NCBI GenBank assembly: GCA_030650415.1
Contig: JAUSEG010000005.1
Span: 23,333-87,332 of the forward strand
Length of the DNA stretch: 64,000 bases
DNA from: a bacterium
GTDB taxonomy: Bacteria > Patescibacteriota > Patescibacteriia > Patescibacteriales > GWC2-42-12
Reading direction: 5' to 3'
In this document: positions 48,039-57,487 of the stretch, in pieces
Position numbering within the stretch: the stretch's first letter is position 1
How the letters are laid out: each line of letters opens with the position of its first letter
Notes under the pieces: generated by a model
Databases searched by the model: none
Seen by the model: only the letters and a program-made list of their open reading frames with translations
Told to the model about the DNA's origin: nothing
Position numbers and translations under genes: made by a program

Positions 48039-49226
48039 TTACTTAATAATTTTTGTTACCACGCCCGCGCCGACGGTCTTACCGCCTTCGCGAATGGCGA
48101 ATCTCTGTTTTTCTTCCAGAGCAACCGGAGAAATCAATTTAATTTTCAAGTTGACAGTATCACCGGGCATAACCATTTCCGAACCTTCCGGCAATTCTAC
48201 TTCACCGGTAACGTCAGTTGTGCGGATATAGAATTGAGGCTTATAGCCCTTGAAAAACGGTTTATGACGGCCGCCTTCTTCTTTCGTTAAAATAAAGACT
48301 TCGGCGTCAAATTCCGAATGAGGAGTAACTGTTCCCGGCTTGGCTAAAACCTGGCCTCTCTCCACTTCGTCTTTCTTAGTACCGCGGAGCAAGAGTCCGG
48401 CGTTATCTCCAGCCATACCACTGTCTAGAGATTTATTAAACATTTCAATGCCGGTAATAACGGTTTTTTGCGTATCGCGCAAACCGATAATTTCCACTTC
48501 TTCGTTTACCTTAATCTGGCCTCTTTCAATTCTGCCGGTCACGACAGTACCGCGGCCTTCAATTGAGAAAATATCTTCAACCGGCATTAAGAATGGCTTG
48601 TCGATTTCGCGTTTCGGTTCAGGAATATATTCGTCCAAAGCTTTAGTTAAATCTAAAATCGCTTGGCCGTATTCACCGGTTGGATTTTCCAGAGCTTTAA
48701 GAGCTGAGCCTCTGATAATCGGCGTGGTATCGCCGGGGAATTCATATTTCTTTAATAAATCGCGAATTTCTTCTTCAACTAAATCAATTAGTTCTTTATC
48801 TTCAACCATGTCGCATTTATTTAAGAAAACTACTATGTAAGGTACGCCGACTTGTCTGGCGAGTAAGATATGCTCTCTGGTTTGAGGCATCGGTCCATCG
48901 GTCGCTGCTACTACGAGTATGGCTCCGTCCATTTGCGCGGCGCCGGTAATCATGTTCTTTACATAATCGGCGTGTCCCGGACAATCGACGTGAGCATAGT
49001 GTCTTTTTTCGGTCTCATATTCAACGTGGCAAGTGGCAATAGTAATGCCGCGAGCCTTTTCTTCTGGAGCCGAGTCAATTTGATCAACGCCTTTATCAGA
49101 GGCCTTAAATCCCTTGCTAAGCGCTACTTTAAGCAACGCCGCGGTTAGAGTAGTCTTGCCATGATCAACGTGTCCGATAGTTCCGACATTAAGATGAGGT
49201 TTTGAGCGATTAAATTTTTCTGCCAT
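48039..49226 (-). CDS. tuf: Elongation factor Tu
   Basis: [21 protein letters not shown]. Confidence 0.99.
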   Translation of the reverse strand: MAEKFNRSKPHLNVGTIGHVDHGKTTLTAALLKVALSKGFKASDKGVDQIDSAPEEKARGITIATCHVEYETEKRHYAHVDCPGHADYVKNMITGAAQMDGAILVVAATDGPMPQTREHILLARQVGVPYIVVFLNKCDMVEDKELIDLVEEEIRDLLKKYEFPGDTTPIIRGSALKALENPTGEYGQAILDLTKALDEYIPEPKREIDKPFLMPVEDIFSIEGRGTVVTGRIERGQIKVNEEVEIIGLRDTQKTVITGIEMFNKSLDSGMAGDNAGLLLRGTKKDEVERGQVLAKPGTVTPHSEFDAEVFILTKEEGGRHKPFFKGYKPQFYIRTTDVTGEVELPEGSEMVMPGDTVNLKIKLISPVALEEKQRFAIREGGKTVGAGVVTKIIK

Positions 49227-49367
49227 ATTTATTTTTCTACGGCTCCCCCACCAACTTGTAGGTGGGGGATTTTTGCCTGATATTTATTAAAATAGGCTAC
49301 CAGCCGTCTTTATTATTTATTTAAATTAATTATTTTTTTGACAAATTTAGTTTGTGGATTACACTTG

Positions 49368-49949
49368 TTATACCCCCGCAGTAAGACGTTCCTTCATAAT
49401 TATCAAACTAGTCACTAATAGCTCTTCACTATTTACTAAATCAGTATTAAATATAATTTCCACATAATGTGGGGAGAGTTCCTTCCTTGTACAAAACAAT
49501 TCTCCTTCTCTGTAGGTCTGACTTGTTAATAATAAATTGTTGACTTGGGTAGTGTACCTAGAACTATTTATTTGAAAAATTCTACTATTTTTATCAATAT
49601 TAATTTCATAAACTTTCTCACTCAAAATTAACTTATCTTTTAAAAAAACTTCACCATTATTTTTAACAAAACTTCTTTGATACTCACCATTTTCTGCTCC
49701 ATCCAATTGCTTGAAACCAATGTCCTTAATCTTGCCCCAAGCTTCAAAAATACGACTGTCGCTTAATTTAATTTTTGTGCGACCCGCTGAGATTTGACTT
49801 CCATAAAAATACAAAATTTTTGCCCAATGGCGACTTTCTGGCTGATGCTTATTAAATAGAGACTTATCCTTGACGCGCCCAGAAATCTGTACGGTTAAAG
49901 AAATGCCAGCAATAATAACAATAATAATAAATGCAATTAATCCTGCCAT
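49368..49949 (-). CDS. Hypothetical membrane-anchored protein
   Basis: 193 aa with an N-terminal TM helix. Confidence 0.6.
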   Translation of the reverse strand: MAGLIAFIIIVIIAGISLTVQISGRVKDKSLFNKHQPESRHWAKILYFYGSQISAGRTKIKLSDSRIFEAWGKIKDIGFKQLDGAENGEYQRSFVKNNGEVFLKDKLILSEKVYEINIDKNSRIFQINSSRYTTQVNNLLLTSQTYREGELFCTRKELSPHYVEIIFNTDLVNSEELLVTSLIIMKERLTAGV

Positions 49950-49986
49950 AAAATATACGAATAGAAAACACTCACAATTTGTGTCT

Positions 49987-50403
49987 TTAAAACGCCAAGT
50001 CTTCCAGGTATTGCCGGTCTTCTTCTATTATTTCCTCGGCGTTGATTTTTCTCTTTGAAGGAATCGACCAGCTCTTATTGAATTTCCTGATCATTTTCTC
50101 CCGCGCCTCTTCATGCTCTTCGCGGCCTTCCTTCTTCGGCAGTTCGGCCAAATGATCCAGGTCCGTGTCCAGGTCGTTATCTAAATTCTGCTCGCTTTTC
50201 CAAATTGCAATATCACGATTTATTTTATCAAGTAATTCATCTTCTGTCAATCCGCGGACTTCGCTCTTGCCTAAAACCAGATTTTCATAATCTTTTAGCG
50301 CCAAAACCACAAAAGTATTGTCTGGTTTAGAGCTATCAAAAATAATCAGCCGATCGCCGGTTTTCTTGACTAAATTAATGGCTTTTTGCAATTGATCATG
50401 CAT
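49987..50403 (-). CDS. Hypothetical protein
   Basis: 138 aa; TTGACA-18 nt-TATAAT upstream (50439-50468, minus strand). Confidence 0.7.
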   Translation of the reverse strand: MHDQLQKAINLVKKTGDRLIIFDSSKPDNTFVVLALKDYENLVLGKSEVRGLTEDELLDKINRDIAIWKSEQNLDNDLDTDLDHLAELPKKEGREEHEEAREKMIRKFNKSWSIPSKRKINAEEIIEEDRQYLEDLAF

Positions 50404-50477
50404 AGGACTTTATCTTAAATTTAATTAAGAACACCTATATTATATATTTTATCTTAACAAATTGTCAAACAAAGCAT

Positions 50478-50664
50478 TGTCATTGCGAGGAATCCTATTT
50501 CATTTTGTCATCCCCGCGCAGGCGGGGATCCAGGTTAAAAACGAAAAAATTTCGGTTTACTGAAATAATGGCAAAACAAAATGTCCGTGTCGCTGAACTC
50601 TGGATTCCGGCTCGCCTTCGGCTTAAAGGCCGGAATGACAAAAAGACGGTCGCTCGCAATGACA
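50478..50664. repeat. Nested TGTCAT...ATGACA elements (inner element 50506-50640)
   Basis: A CCC-type element sits inside a TGCGAG-type element. Confidence 0.88.
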
Positions 50665-50699
50665 GAAGCTTTGTATTTTCAATTGAAAATTAAAAATTT

Positions 50700-52787
50700 T
50701 TACTTCTTCCCCTCGTTTTTTTCCCCAATAATCTCTTCGGCGACATTTCTCGGTACTTCGGAATAATAAGCGAATTCCATGCTATAGCTGGCTCGGCCCT
50801 GGGTCATTGATCTTAGCTGAGTGGCGTAACCGAACATTTCTGATAGCGGAACTTTAGCTTTTATAAATTTAACCATGGCCCGGTCGCCCATTTCTTCAAT
50901 CTGCGCCCGCTTAGAATTCAAATCTCCGATAACCTCGCCCATAAAATCCTCCGGGGTTACGGCTTCAACTTTCATAATCGGCTCGAGAATTATCGGCGCG
51001 GCATGACGGCAAGCTTCCTGGAAAGCTATGGAACCGGCAATTTTAAAGGCCGCTTCGGACGAATCGACATCATGATAAGATCCGTCTAAAACCGCCACTT
51101 TAATATCGACAATCGGATAACCGGCTAAAACGCCTCTGTCCAGAGCTTCTTTAACGCCCTTTTCCACAGCCGGAATAAATTCGCGGGGGATTGATCCGCC
51201 CTTAACTTCATCAAGGAATTCAAAACCCTTGCCCTGCTCATTCGGTTCAACTCTAAGCCAGCAATGGCCGTATTGTCCATGGCCGCCCGATTGCTTAATA
51301 TATTTTCCTTCGGCTTCGGCGGATTTTTTAATGGTTTCGCGATAAGCGACTTGCGGTTTACCGACGTTAGCTTCAACTTTAAATTCCCGTTTCATGCGGT
51401 CAACGATAATGTCCAAATGAAGCTCGCCCATGCCCTTAATAATCGTCTGCATGGTTTCTTCATCACTGACCACTCTAAAAGTTGGATCTTCTTCTGATAA
51501 TTTTGATAAGGCCATGCCCATTCTTTCTTGATCGCCCTTGGTTTTCGGTTCAATGGCGATAGAAATAACCGGCTCAGGGAAAGTAATTGATTCTAGAACT
51601 AACGGCCGGCTTTCATCGCATAAAGTATTACCCGTAGTAGTGGCTTTTAAGCCGATTACGGCCGCAATTTCACCGGCATAAACTTCCTGAACTTCTTCTC
51701 TGTGATTCGCATGTAATCTAACAATGCGGCCGATTCTTTCCCGGTTGCCGGTAGAAGTATTTAAAAGATAAGAGCCGGATTTTAAAACTCCGCTATAGAC
51801 TCTGATAAAACAAAGCTTGCCGACGTAGGGATCGGTCGCAATCTTAAAAGCCAGAGCCGCGAACGGCTCGGTATCGGACGGCTTAACCACAATGAGCCTT
51901 TCTTTATCGTCCGGATCAAAACCGGTAATGGCCGGCACTTCGAGGGGCGAAGGCAAGTATTCAATAACCGCGTCTAAGAGCAGCTGCACGCCTTTATTTT
52001 TTAAAGCGCTGCCGCAAAGCACCGGCACAATTTTATTATTTACCACCGCTTGACGCAGGACTCTTTTTAAATCGGCGACGGCGATTTCTTCGCCGGCCAA
52101 ATATTTATTCATTAAAACTTCGTCATTTTCGGCAATCGCCTCAACTAGCTTAGAGCGATACTCTTCAACTTTAGCTTTCATGTCCGCCGGCACTTCCCTA
52201 TCCTCCCACTTAGTACCCAGCTCGTCTAAAAAAAAGCGCGCTTTTCTTTCAAATAAATCTATCATGCCTTGGAACTTATCTTCGGCGCCGATCGGCAGCT
52301 GAACCGGGTGGGCATGCTTAGTCAATCTTTTATGGATTGAGGCTAAATCTTTATAAAAATCCGCGCCGGTGCGATCCATTTTATTAATGAAAGCAATGCG
52401 CGGCACTTTATATTTATCAGCCTGATGCCAAACGGTTTCCGATTGCGGCTCGACTCCGGCCACGCCGTCGAATAACACTACGCCGCCGTCTAAAACACGC
52501 AAAGATCTTTCCACTTCAGCGGTAAAATCCACGTGCCCGGGGGTATCGATTAAATTGATGCGGCAATCTTTCCAAAAACAAGTGGTAGCCGCGCTCGTTA
52601 TAGTTATACCGCGTTCCTGCTCCTGCTCCATCCAATCCATTTCCGCCGTGCCTTCATGCACTTCGCCGATCTTATGCTTTTTTCCGGTATAAAAAAGAAT
52701 CCGCTCGCTGACCGTGGTTTTACCCGCGTCAATATGAGCGATAATGCCGATGTTGCGTGTTTTTTCTAAACTATATTCTCTAGGCAT
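50700..52787 (-). CDS. fusA: Elongation factor G
   Basis: [24 protein letters not shown]. Confidence 0.99.
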   Translation of the reverse strand: MPREYSLEKTRNIGIIAHIDAGKTTVSERILFYTGKKHKIGEVHEGTAEMDWMEQEQERGITITSAATTCFWKDCRINLIDTPGHVDFTAEVERSLRVLDGGVVLFDGVAGVEPQSETVWHQADKYKVPRIAFINKMDRTGADFYKDLASIHKRLTKHAHPVQLPIGAEDKFQGMIDLFERKARFFLDELGTKWEDREVPADMKAKVEEYRSKLVEAIAENDEVLMNKYLAGEEIAVADLKRVLRQAVVNNKIVPVLCGSALKNKGVQLLLDAVIEYLPSPLEVPAITGFDPDDKERLIVVKPSDTEPFAALAFKIATDPYVGKLCFIRVYSGVLKSGSYLLNTSTGNRERIGRIVRLHANHREEVQEVYAGEIAAVIGLKATTTGNTLCDESRPLVLESITFPEPVISIAIEPKTKGDQERMGMALSKLSEEDPTFRVVSDEETMQTIIKGMGELHLDIIVDRMKREFKVEANVGKPQVAYRETIKKSAEAEGKYIKQSGGHGQYGHCWLRVEPNEQGKGFEFLDEVKGGSIPREFIPAVEKGVKEALDRGVLAGYPIVDIKVAVLDGSYHDVDSSEAAFKIAGSIAFQEACRHAAPIILEPIMKVEAVTPEDFMGEVIGDLNSKRAQIEEMGDRAMVKFIKAKVPLSEMFGYATQLRSMTQGRASYSMEFAYYSEVPRNVAEEIIGEKNEGKK

Positions 52788-52798
52788 AATTTAATATT

Positions 52799-54000
52799 TG
52801 TCATTCCCGCGCAGGCGGGAATCCATTTCCTCTGTCATTGCGGCCTCCGAGCCGCAATCCAGAATTTTTAATTTTGTAATTTTAAATTTTTAAACAATTC
52901 TCAATGATTCAATTTGTAAATTTGAATGTTGCTAAGATTTGCTTTTGTAAATCATTATCTTCATCAATATAATATAAATCAGCTGGGCATGAACCAAAAC
53001 TAATTACAAGGGTTTTATCGCTAACTGCAGTCTTAACTATTGTCGCCAAGCAACCAGCATCGCCCATCTTATACTTATAGCCAGCATTATTACCGACTTT
53101 TATTGTTTCAAATTTTTCAATTTTTCCATACATATCTTCAATATTATTTGGATCTAATTTTTTATCTGTTAAAGTTAAAGATAATGTGCCACGTTTACTA
53201 TTAAAATAAACATAATTTTCTTCTTTTCCAGCAATACTAAAAACTGTACCGGGGTATTTAAATGAAACCCCGCTCAATTTACTATACTGCAACCATTGGC
53301 TATCTACGACTTTTGGTTTTACCCAATCTTCGTTGATTTTAAAAGTTTTCAGTATCTCCTGTGATATTTTATCATCCTTGAGAAAATTAATTAAAAATAC
53401 TGTTCCTAGTTTATTGGCAGTAAAAATAAAAGTTCTTTCTTTTTCTATTTGCCATCCCCCAGTCTGCCATTGGAAACTTCCTATTATATTAAAAGTAAAA
53501 GCATCTCTACCATCAACTTTTGTAGTAAGGAGGTTTGAAATAAATTTATTTTTAATATTTGGATTATTGTCATCTTTGTTAATCTGCCAAATTTCCTGTG
53601 CATATTCATCTATAGGTTGCTTTACTGCTTCCACGGTTAATACTTCAAAAGAGGAACGATTAACAGGAGTTTTATATTGATAGCCATATTTTTCATTATA
53701 ATAAATTTGCCAATCGTTTGTATCAACGACTTCGGGCTCTTCGGTCAGGTTTTTAGTAATAGCTTGATTATTTTTCTCAAAATTATCGTTAATTTTCTGC
53801 AAATTTTTTACTGCCTGATTTTCAATCTGCTTGCTTTGCTGAATTTGCCCTTGCCATTTTATTGTGCCAAAAGCAATCACGCCAATTACTAAAACAGCTA
53901 CTAGAATAGCTATTAATGCAAAACCTCTTTGTTTAAAAATTTCTTTGTTCGTTTTCATACCTACTTCTCCCCCTGGATTCCCGCCTGCGCGGGAATGACA
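52799..54000. mobile_element. Putative cargo-bearing non-autonomous element bounded by perfect 27-bp inverted repeats
   Basis: 52799-52825 TGTCATTCCCGCGCAGGCGGGAATCCA and its exact reverse complement at 53974-54000. Confidence 0.55.
52909..53958 (-). CDS. Membrane-anchored exported protein (prepilin-like N-terminus, two PsbP-like modules)
   Basis: QRGFALIAIL then a TM helix; W..Y...G..(F/Y)K(Y/T)P twice and IL.TFK twice. Confidence 0.7.
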   Translation of the reverse strand: MKTNKEIFKQRGFALIAILVAVLVIGVIAFGTIKWQGQIQQSKQIENQAVKNLQKINDNFEKNNQAITKNLTEEPEVVDTNDWQIYYNEKYGYQYKTPVNRSSFEVLTVEAVKQPIDEYAQEIWQINKDDNNPNIKNKFISNLLTTKVDGRDAFTFNIIGSFQWQTGGWQIEKERTFIFTANKLGTVFLINFLKDDKISQEILKTFKINEDWVKPKVVDSQWLQYSKLSGVSFKYPGTVFSIAGKEENYVYFNSKRGTLSLTLTDKKLDPNNIEDMYGKIEKFETIKVGNNAGYKYKMGDAGCLATIVKTAVSDKTLVISFGSCPADLYYIDEDNDLQKQILATFKFTN

Positions 54001-54009
54001 AAAGGTGTA

Positions 54010-54477
54010 TTATCTCGCGAAATGCGCGAAGGCTTTATTGGCTTCGGCCATGCGGTGAACTTCGGCGCGTTTTTTAACGGCCGCGCCCTCGCCTTTCGAA
54101 GCATCAATTATTTCATCAGCCAATTTCTCCGCCATGGGTTTTCCCCGCTTTGCTCTGACCGCGGTAATCAGCCAGCGACAGCCTAAAGTAAAACGGCGTT
54201 CACCTCTGACCTGAAAAGGAATCTGATAGTTAGCGCCGCCGACGCGTCGGCCGCGAATTTCCAATAAGGGACTCACCTGCTTTAAAGCTTTGTTAAAAAC
54301 ATGCCTCGGATCCTGCTTAGTTCTTTCTTTAATAATTTCAAAGCAAGTGTAGACGATTTTCTGCGCTACGGTTTTTTTGCCTCGCTCCATGATGTAATTA
54401 ATAAACTTAGCGATATCCGGATCGTTAAATTTTACATCAAACTGAATTTTTCTCTTGGTGACTGGTTTGCCTCTCAT
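54010..54477 (-). CDS. rpsG: 30S ribosomal protein S7
   Basis: RRVGGANYQ.P, HRMAEANKAFAHF. Confidence 0.98.
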   Translation of the reverse strand: MRGKPVTKRKIQFDVKFNDPDIAKFINYIMERGKKTVAQKIVYTCFEIIKERTKQDPRHVFNKALKQVSPLLEIRGRRVGGANYQIPFQVRGERRFTLGCRWLITAVRAKRGKPMAEKLADEIIDASKGEGAAVKKRAEVHRMAEANKAFAHFAR

Positions 54478-54490
54478 ACTTTATTATTAT

Positions 54491-54637
54491 ATTAAGTAAA
54501 AATTTAATGGCCGTAGAGTTCTACTCGCTATTAAATTTTTACTTGATTCATTATATTTTTTGAATATCCCGCTTGGCGGGAAAAATATTATTTATCCCCG
54601 GAGGGGGAAAACTTTTTCTAAAAAAGTTTTTAAGGTT
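54491..54637. repeat. Structured intergenic element duplicated at 42471-42599
   Basis: Same two hairpins as the copy at 42471. Confidence 0.88.
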
Positions 54638-54638
54638 G

Positions 54639-55058
54639 TTATTTCTTAGGTCTTTTAGCGCCATAGCGGCTGCGGCTCTGCTTTCTGCCTTCTACGCCCT
54701 GGGTATCGTAAACGCCTCTGATGATTTTATATCTGACGCCCGGCAAATCCTTAGTCCTGCCGCCCTTTAATAAAACGATGGAGTGCTCTTGCAGGTTATG
54801 GCCTTCACCCGGAATATAGGCGGTAACTTCCATGCCGTTTGATAATCTGACGCGGGCGATTTTTCGTAAAGCCGAGTTCGGTTTTTTCGGCGTAGTAGTA
54901 GTAACTTTAACGCAAACTCCGCGTTTAAAAGGCGAACCCTTAGGCAATTCGGTTCTCTTCCGATGCAGAGTGTCCAGCGTTGATTGCAGCGCCGGTGATT
55001 TGGTTTTTGTCTTATTGGAATGTCTGCCCTTGCGGACCAGTTGATTAATAGTAGGCAT
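54639..55058 (-). CDS. rpsL: 30S ribosomal protein S12
   Basis: [25 protein letters not shown]. Confidence 0.98.
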   Translation of the reverse strand: MPTINQLVRKGRHSNKTKTKSPALQSTLDTLHRKRTELPKGSPFKRGVCVKVTTTTPKKPNSALRKIARVRLSNGMEVTAYIPGEGHNLQEHSIVLLKGGRTKDLPGVRYKIIRGVYDTQGVEGRKQSRSRYGAKRPKK

Positions 55059-55108
55059 AGTAAATAAAAAGTAAAAAAACAAACCCGTATAGGCGGGATA
55101 TTGTAGAA

Positions 55109-55160
55109 TTTACCCTGTGAAATCCGGCTCTGCCGGTGCATAGCAATTTCACGGGGTGAA
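55109..55160. repeat. ACCCYGTGAAAT...ATTTCACGGGGT palindromic element
   Basis: Inverted arms upstream of rpsL. Confidence 0.85.
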
Positions 55161-55251
55161 TAACTTATTTTAATTTAACACAAGAAATAAAAACGGTCAA
55201 GGGGTATTTTCTTCCCCCTTGATAAAGGGGGTTAGGGGGATTATATTCTTA

Positions 55252-55848
55252 TTACATCCCAACAATTAATCTGAATAAAAAATTAATTATCGGGATGATT
55301 ATCGGAAAGCCGAAAAAAACAAAGAGCAAGACTAAAACAAAACCATAATGCTCGAGTTGCAATAATTTCATCTGCAAATTATAGGGTAAAAACGGCATGA
55401 GCACTTTTGAACCGTCCAGCGGCGGTATGGGCAGAAGGTTAAAAATCATCAGCACAATATTCGTCTGGACGATGACGGCCAAAAAAGAAACTAGCACAAT
55501 ATTCAATCCAGGCACAAATCTTAAAAATAAACCGAAGAACAAAGCGGTAATTAAATTAGCTAACGGTCCGGCGATCGCCACTTTAGCCGAACCATATTTC
55601 TGATCGCGCAAGTTATAAGGATTAAACGGCACCGGCTTAGCATAACCAAAAGCCAGACCCGTACCGAGGAAAATCAAAGCCGGCATGATAATCGAGCCCC
55701 AAATATCAATATGAGCGACCGGATTAAGGGTTAGCCGGCCGGCATCTCGCGCCGTCGAGTCGCCCAGCCTATCCGCCATCCAGCCATGCATGTATTCATG
55801 GATAACCACGGAAAACAAAATGATAATTAAAGAAAAAATTATGTCCAT
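55252..55848 (-). CDS. Site-2 protease family (M50) protein
   Basis: HEYMH, AGPLAN and FNLLPIPPLDG motifs. Confidence 0.93.
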   Translation of the reverse strand: MDIIFSLIIILFSVVIHEYMHGWMADRLGDSTARDAGRLTLNPVAHIDIWGSIIMPALIFLGTGLAFGYAKPVPFNPYNLRDQKYGSAKVAIAGPLANLITALFFGLFLRFVPGLNIVLVSFLAVIVQTNIVLMIFNLLPIPPLDGSKVLMPFLPYNLQMKLLQLEHYGFVLVLLFVFFGFPIIIPIINFLFRLIVGM

Positions 55849-55856
55849 ATTTTATT

Positions 55857-55997
55857 TGTCATTGCGAGCGACTGTCTTTTTTTGTCATTCCGGCATCCGC
55901 CAGCTGGCGGAGAGCCTGCCTGCTGGCAGGCGAAGCCGGAATCCATGATTGTGTACTCTGGCCAAATTTCTGGATCCCCGCCTTCGCGGGGATGACA
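55857..55997. repeat. Compound TGTCAT...ATGACA element
   Basis: Two left arms; nested TCCGCCAGCTGGCGGA and GCCTGCCTGCTGGCAGGC. Confidence 0.85.
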
Positions 55998-56077
55998 ATC
56001 AAATAAATTCTACCACGCCTTGCCTTTTATTTCAAAAGCTGATAATATAAATCGCATAATAATAAAATAAAATATAT

Positions 56078-56254
56078 ATGGCCAAGAAATGCGAAGTTTG
56101 CGGACGGGGTTCAACTAAGGACGCCTCCAGGTCCCATTCCAATATAAAAACCTTGAAAAGGCAATATTTAAATCTTCAGGTAAAAAAAGTTAACGGTCAG
56201 CGGCAATCGGTTTGCGCCAAGTGTATTAAGACTATGGCCAAGAAAAAAAAATAA
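56078..56254 (+). CDS. rpmB: 50S ribosomal protein L28 (not in ORF track)
   Basis: MAKKCEVCGRG.....SRSHSNIKTLKRQYLNLQ...VCAKCIKT, 58 aa. Confidence 0.93.
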   Translation: MAKKCEVCGRGSTKDASRSHSNIKTLKRQYLNLQVKKVNGQRQSVCAKCIKTMAKKKK

Positions 56255-56265
56255 CCATTTTTTGA

Positions 56266-56297
56266 AACATCCCGCGTCTAAAGCGAGATGTTTTTTT
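56266..56297 (+). terminator. Terminator after rpmB
   Basis: ACATCCCGC...GCGAGATGT hairpin followed by a T-run. Confidence 0.6.
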
Positions 56298-56400
56298 ATG
56301 GCAATTTTTACCTATGGCGCAAGCTGCCGATTTTCCTGCCCTGTTTTTTACGGCGTTTTTTAAACGCGACTTTTTTCTTTTTGTTCATAAAATTTTTATA

Positions 56401-57234
56401 TTAAATCGCTAATAATATTATGCCGCCAACCAATAAAATTAAACAAAGTATTTTAATTGAAAAATGCTTTTCATGAAAATAAAATTTTCCGGAAACTACC
56501 GACCAAAAAACGGCCGAAGACCGATAAGCCGACAGAATTACTGAAGCCGGCGCGAAAATATAGGCATAACTGTTTAAAAAAGACGGGATAACATTAACCA
56601 GGGACTGGAAACAAAAAATTTTCTGCTTAAAAAAACTAAAGGGATTCTCTTTGGCTTTAAAAACCGCCATGGGCAAGAGAAAGGCCAACAAAGCCAAATG
56701 TATTATGGTTTGCTCGGCCGCGACCGAATTATAATAAGTAATATCATATTTATATAAGGTGATTGTCGCCACGGCCAGTACGGCCGTGGCTAAAGACAGC
56801 CAGGCGCCCTGTTTTTTTATGCCCTGATAAGAAAAAAGCAGAAACAAAGAAAAAATAATTATGCCCATGCCGGCTAGCTGGTAGCCGTTTATTTGATAAC
56901 CGAACATAAAATCAACCAATAACAAAAGGGGTATGGTCAAAATTCTAATAAACCCATGCGTGCTGCGATCGGCTTTGGCGATAGCGGTCAAAGCGATGTA
57001 AGTCAAAACGATTTCTAAAATAATCCTAATACTTATAATCGGTAACGACGCCGGGGAAAAATTAAATTCACCCTGAAAAATGTTGACGGCGATAAAAATC
57101 AAAGTTACCACAAAACTGTTGACGACCGCCAAACTGTAGAGGCCGATTTGTTTTTTCTTCAACTCAAACTTAGCGATCGAGTCGGAAACTTCGACGAAGA
57201 ACGAGCTTAAAAAAACTATTATAACTCCGAACAT
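56401..57234 (-). CDS. Multi-pass membrane protein (DMT/EamA-like)
   Basis: About 10 hydrophobic segments in two halves. Confidence 0.65.
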   Translation of the reverse strand: MFGVIIVFLSSFFVEVSDSIAKFELKKKQIGLYSLAVVNSFVVTLIFIAVNIFQGEFNFSPASLPIISIRIILEIVLTYIALTAIAKADRSTHGFIRILTIPLLLLVDFMFGYQINGYQLAGMGIIIFSLFLLFSYQGIKKQGAWLSLATAVLAVATITLYKYDITYYNSVAAEQTIIHLALLAFLLPMAVFKAKENPFSFFKQKIFCFQSLVNVIPSFLNSYAYIFAPASVILSAYRSSAVFWSVVSGKFYFHEKHFSIKILCLILLVGGIILLAI

Positions 57235-57250
57235 AAATTAAAGTTTCATC

Positions 57251-57477
57251 TGTCATTGCGAGCCGCCCCTGTAATCAGGGCGAACGCGGGTCTCTCGCTA
57301 TCGCTCGGGATAAACTTCGCAATCTCTGGTTAGCAAGAAAAACGGGGGGAAAAAAATGCTTAATTAACAAAATAAATTTTGTTTTAAAAAAATTTACACT
57401 AGGCTGGTAAAGCGCTTTTAACCAGAGATTGCCACGCTCCCCAGCCCCAAGCTGGGGCTGGGTCGCTCGCAATGACA
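57251..57477. repeat. TGTCAT...ATGACA palindromic element with nested hairpins
   Basis: Left arm nearly identical to that at 11868. Confidence 0.9.
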
Positions 57478-57487
57478 TTTAAATTTA

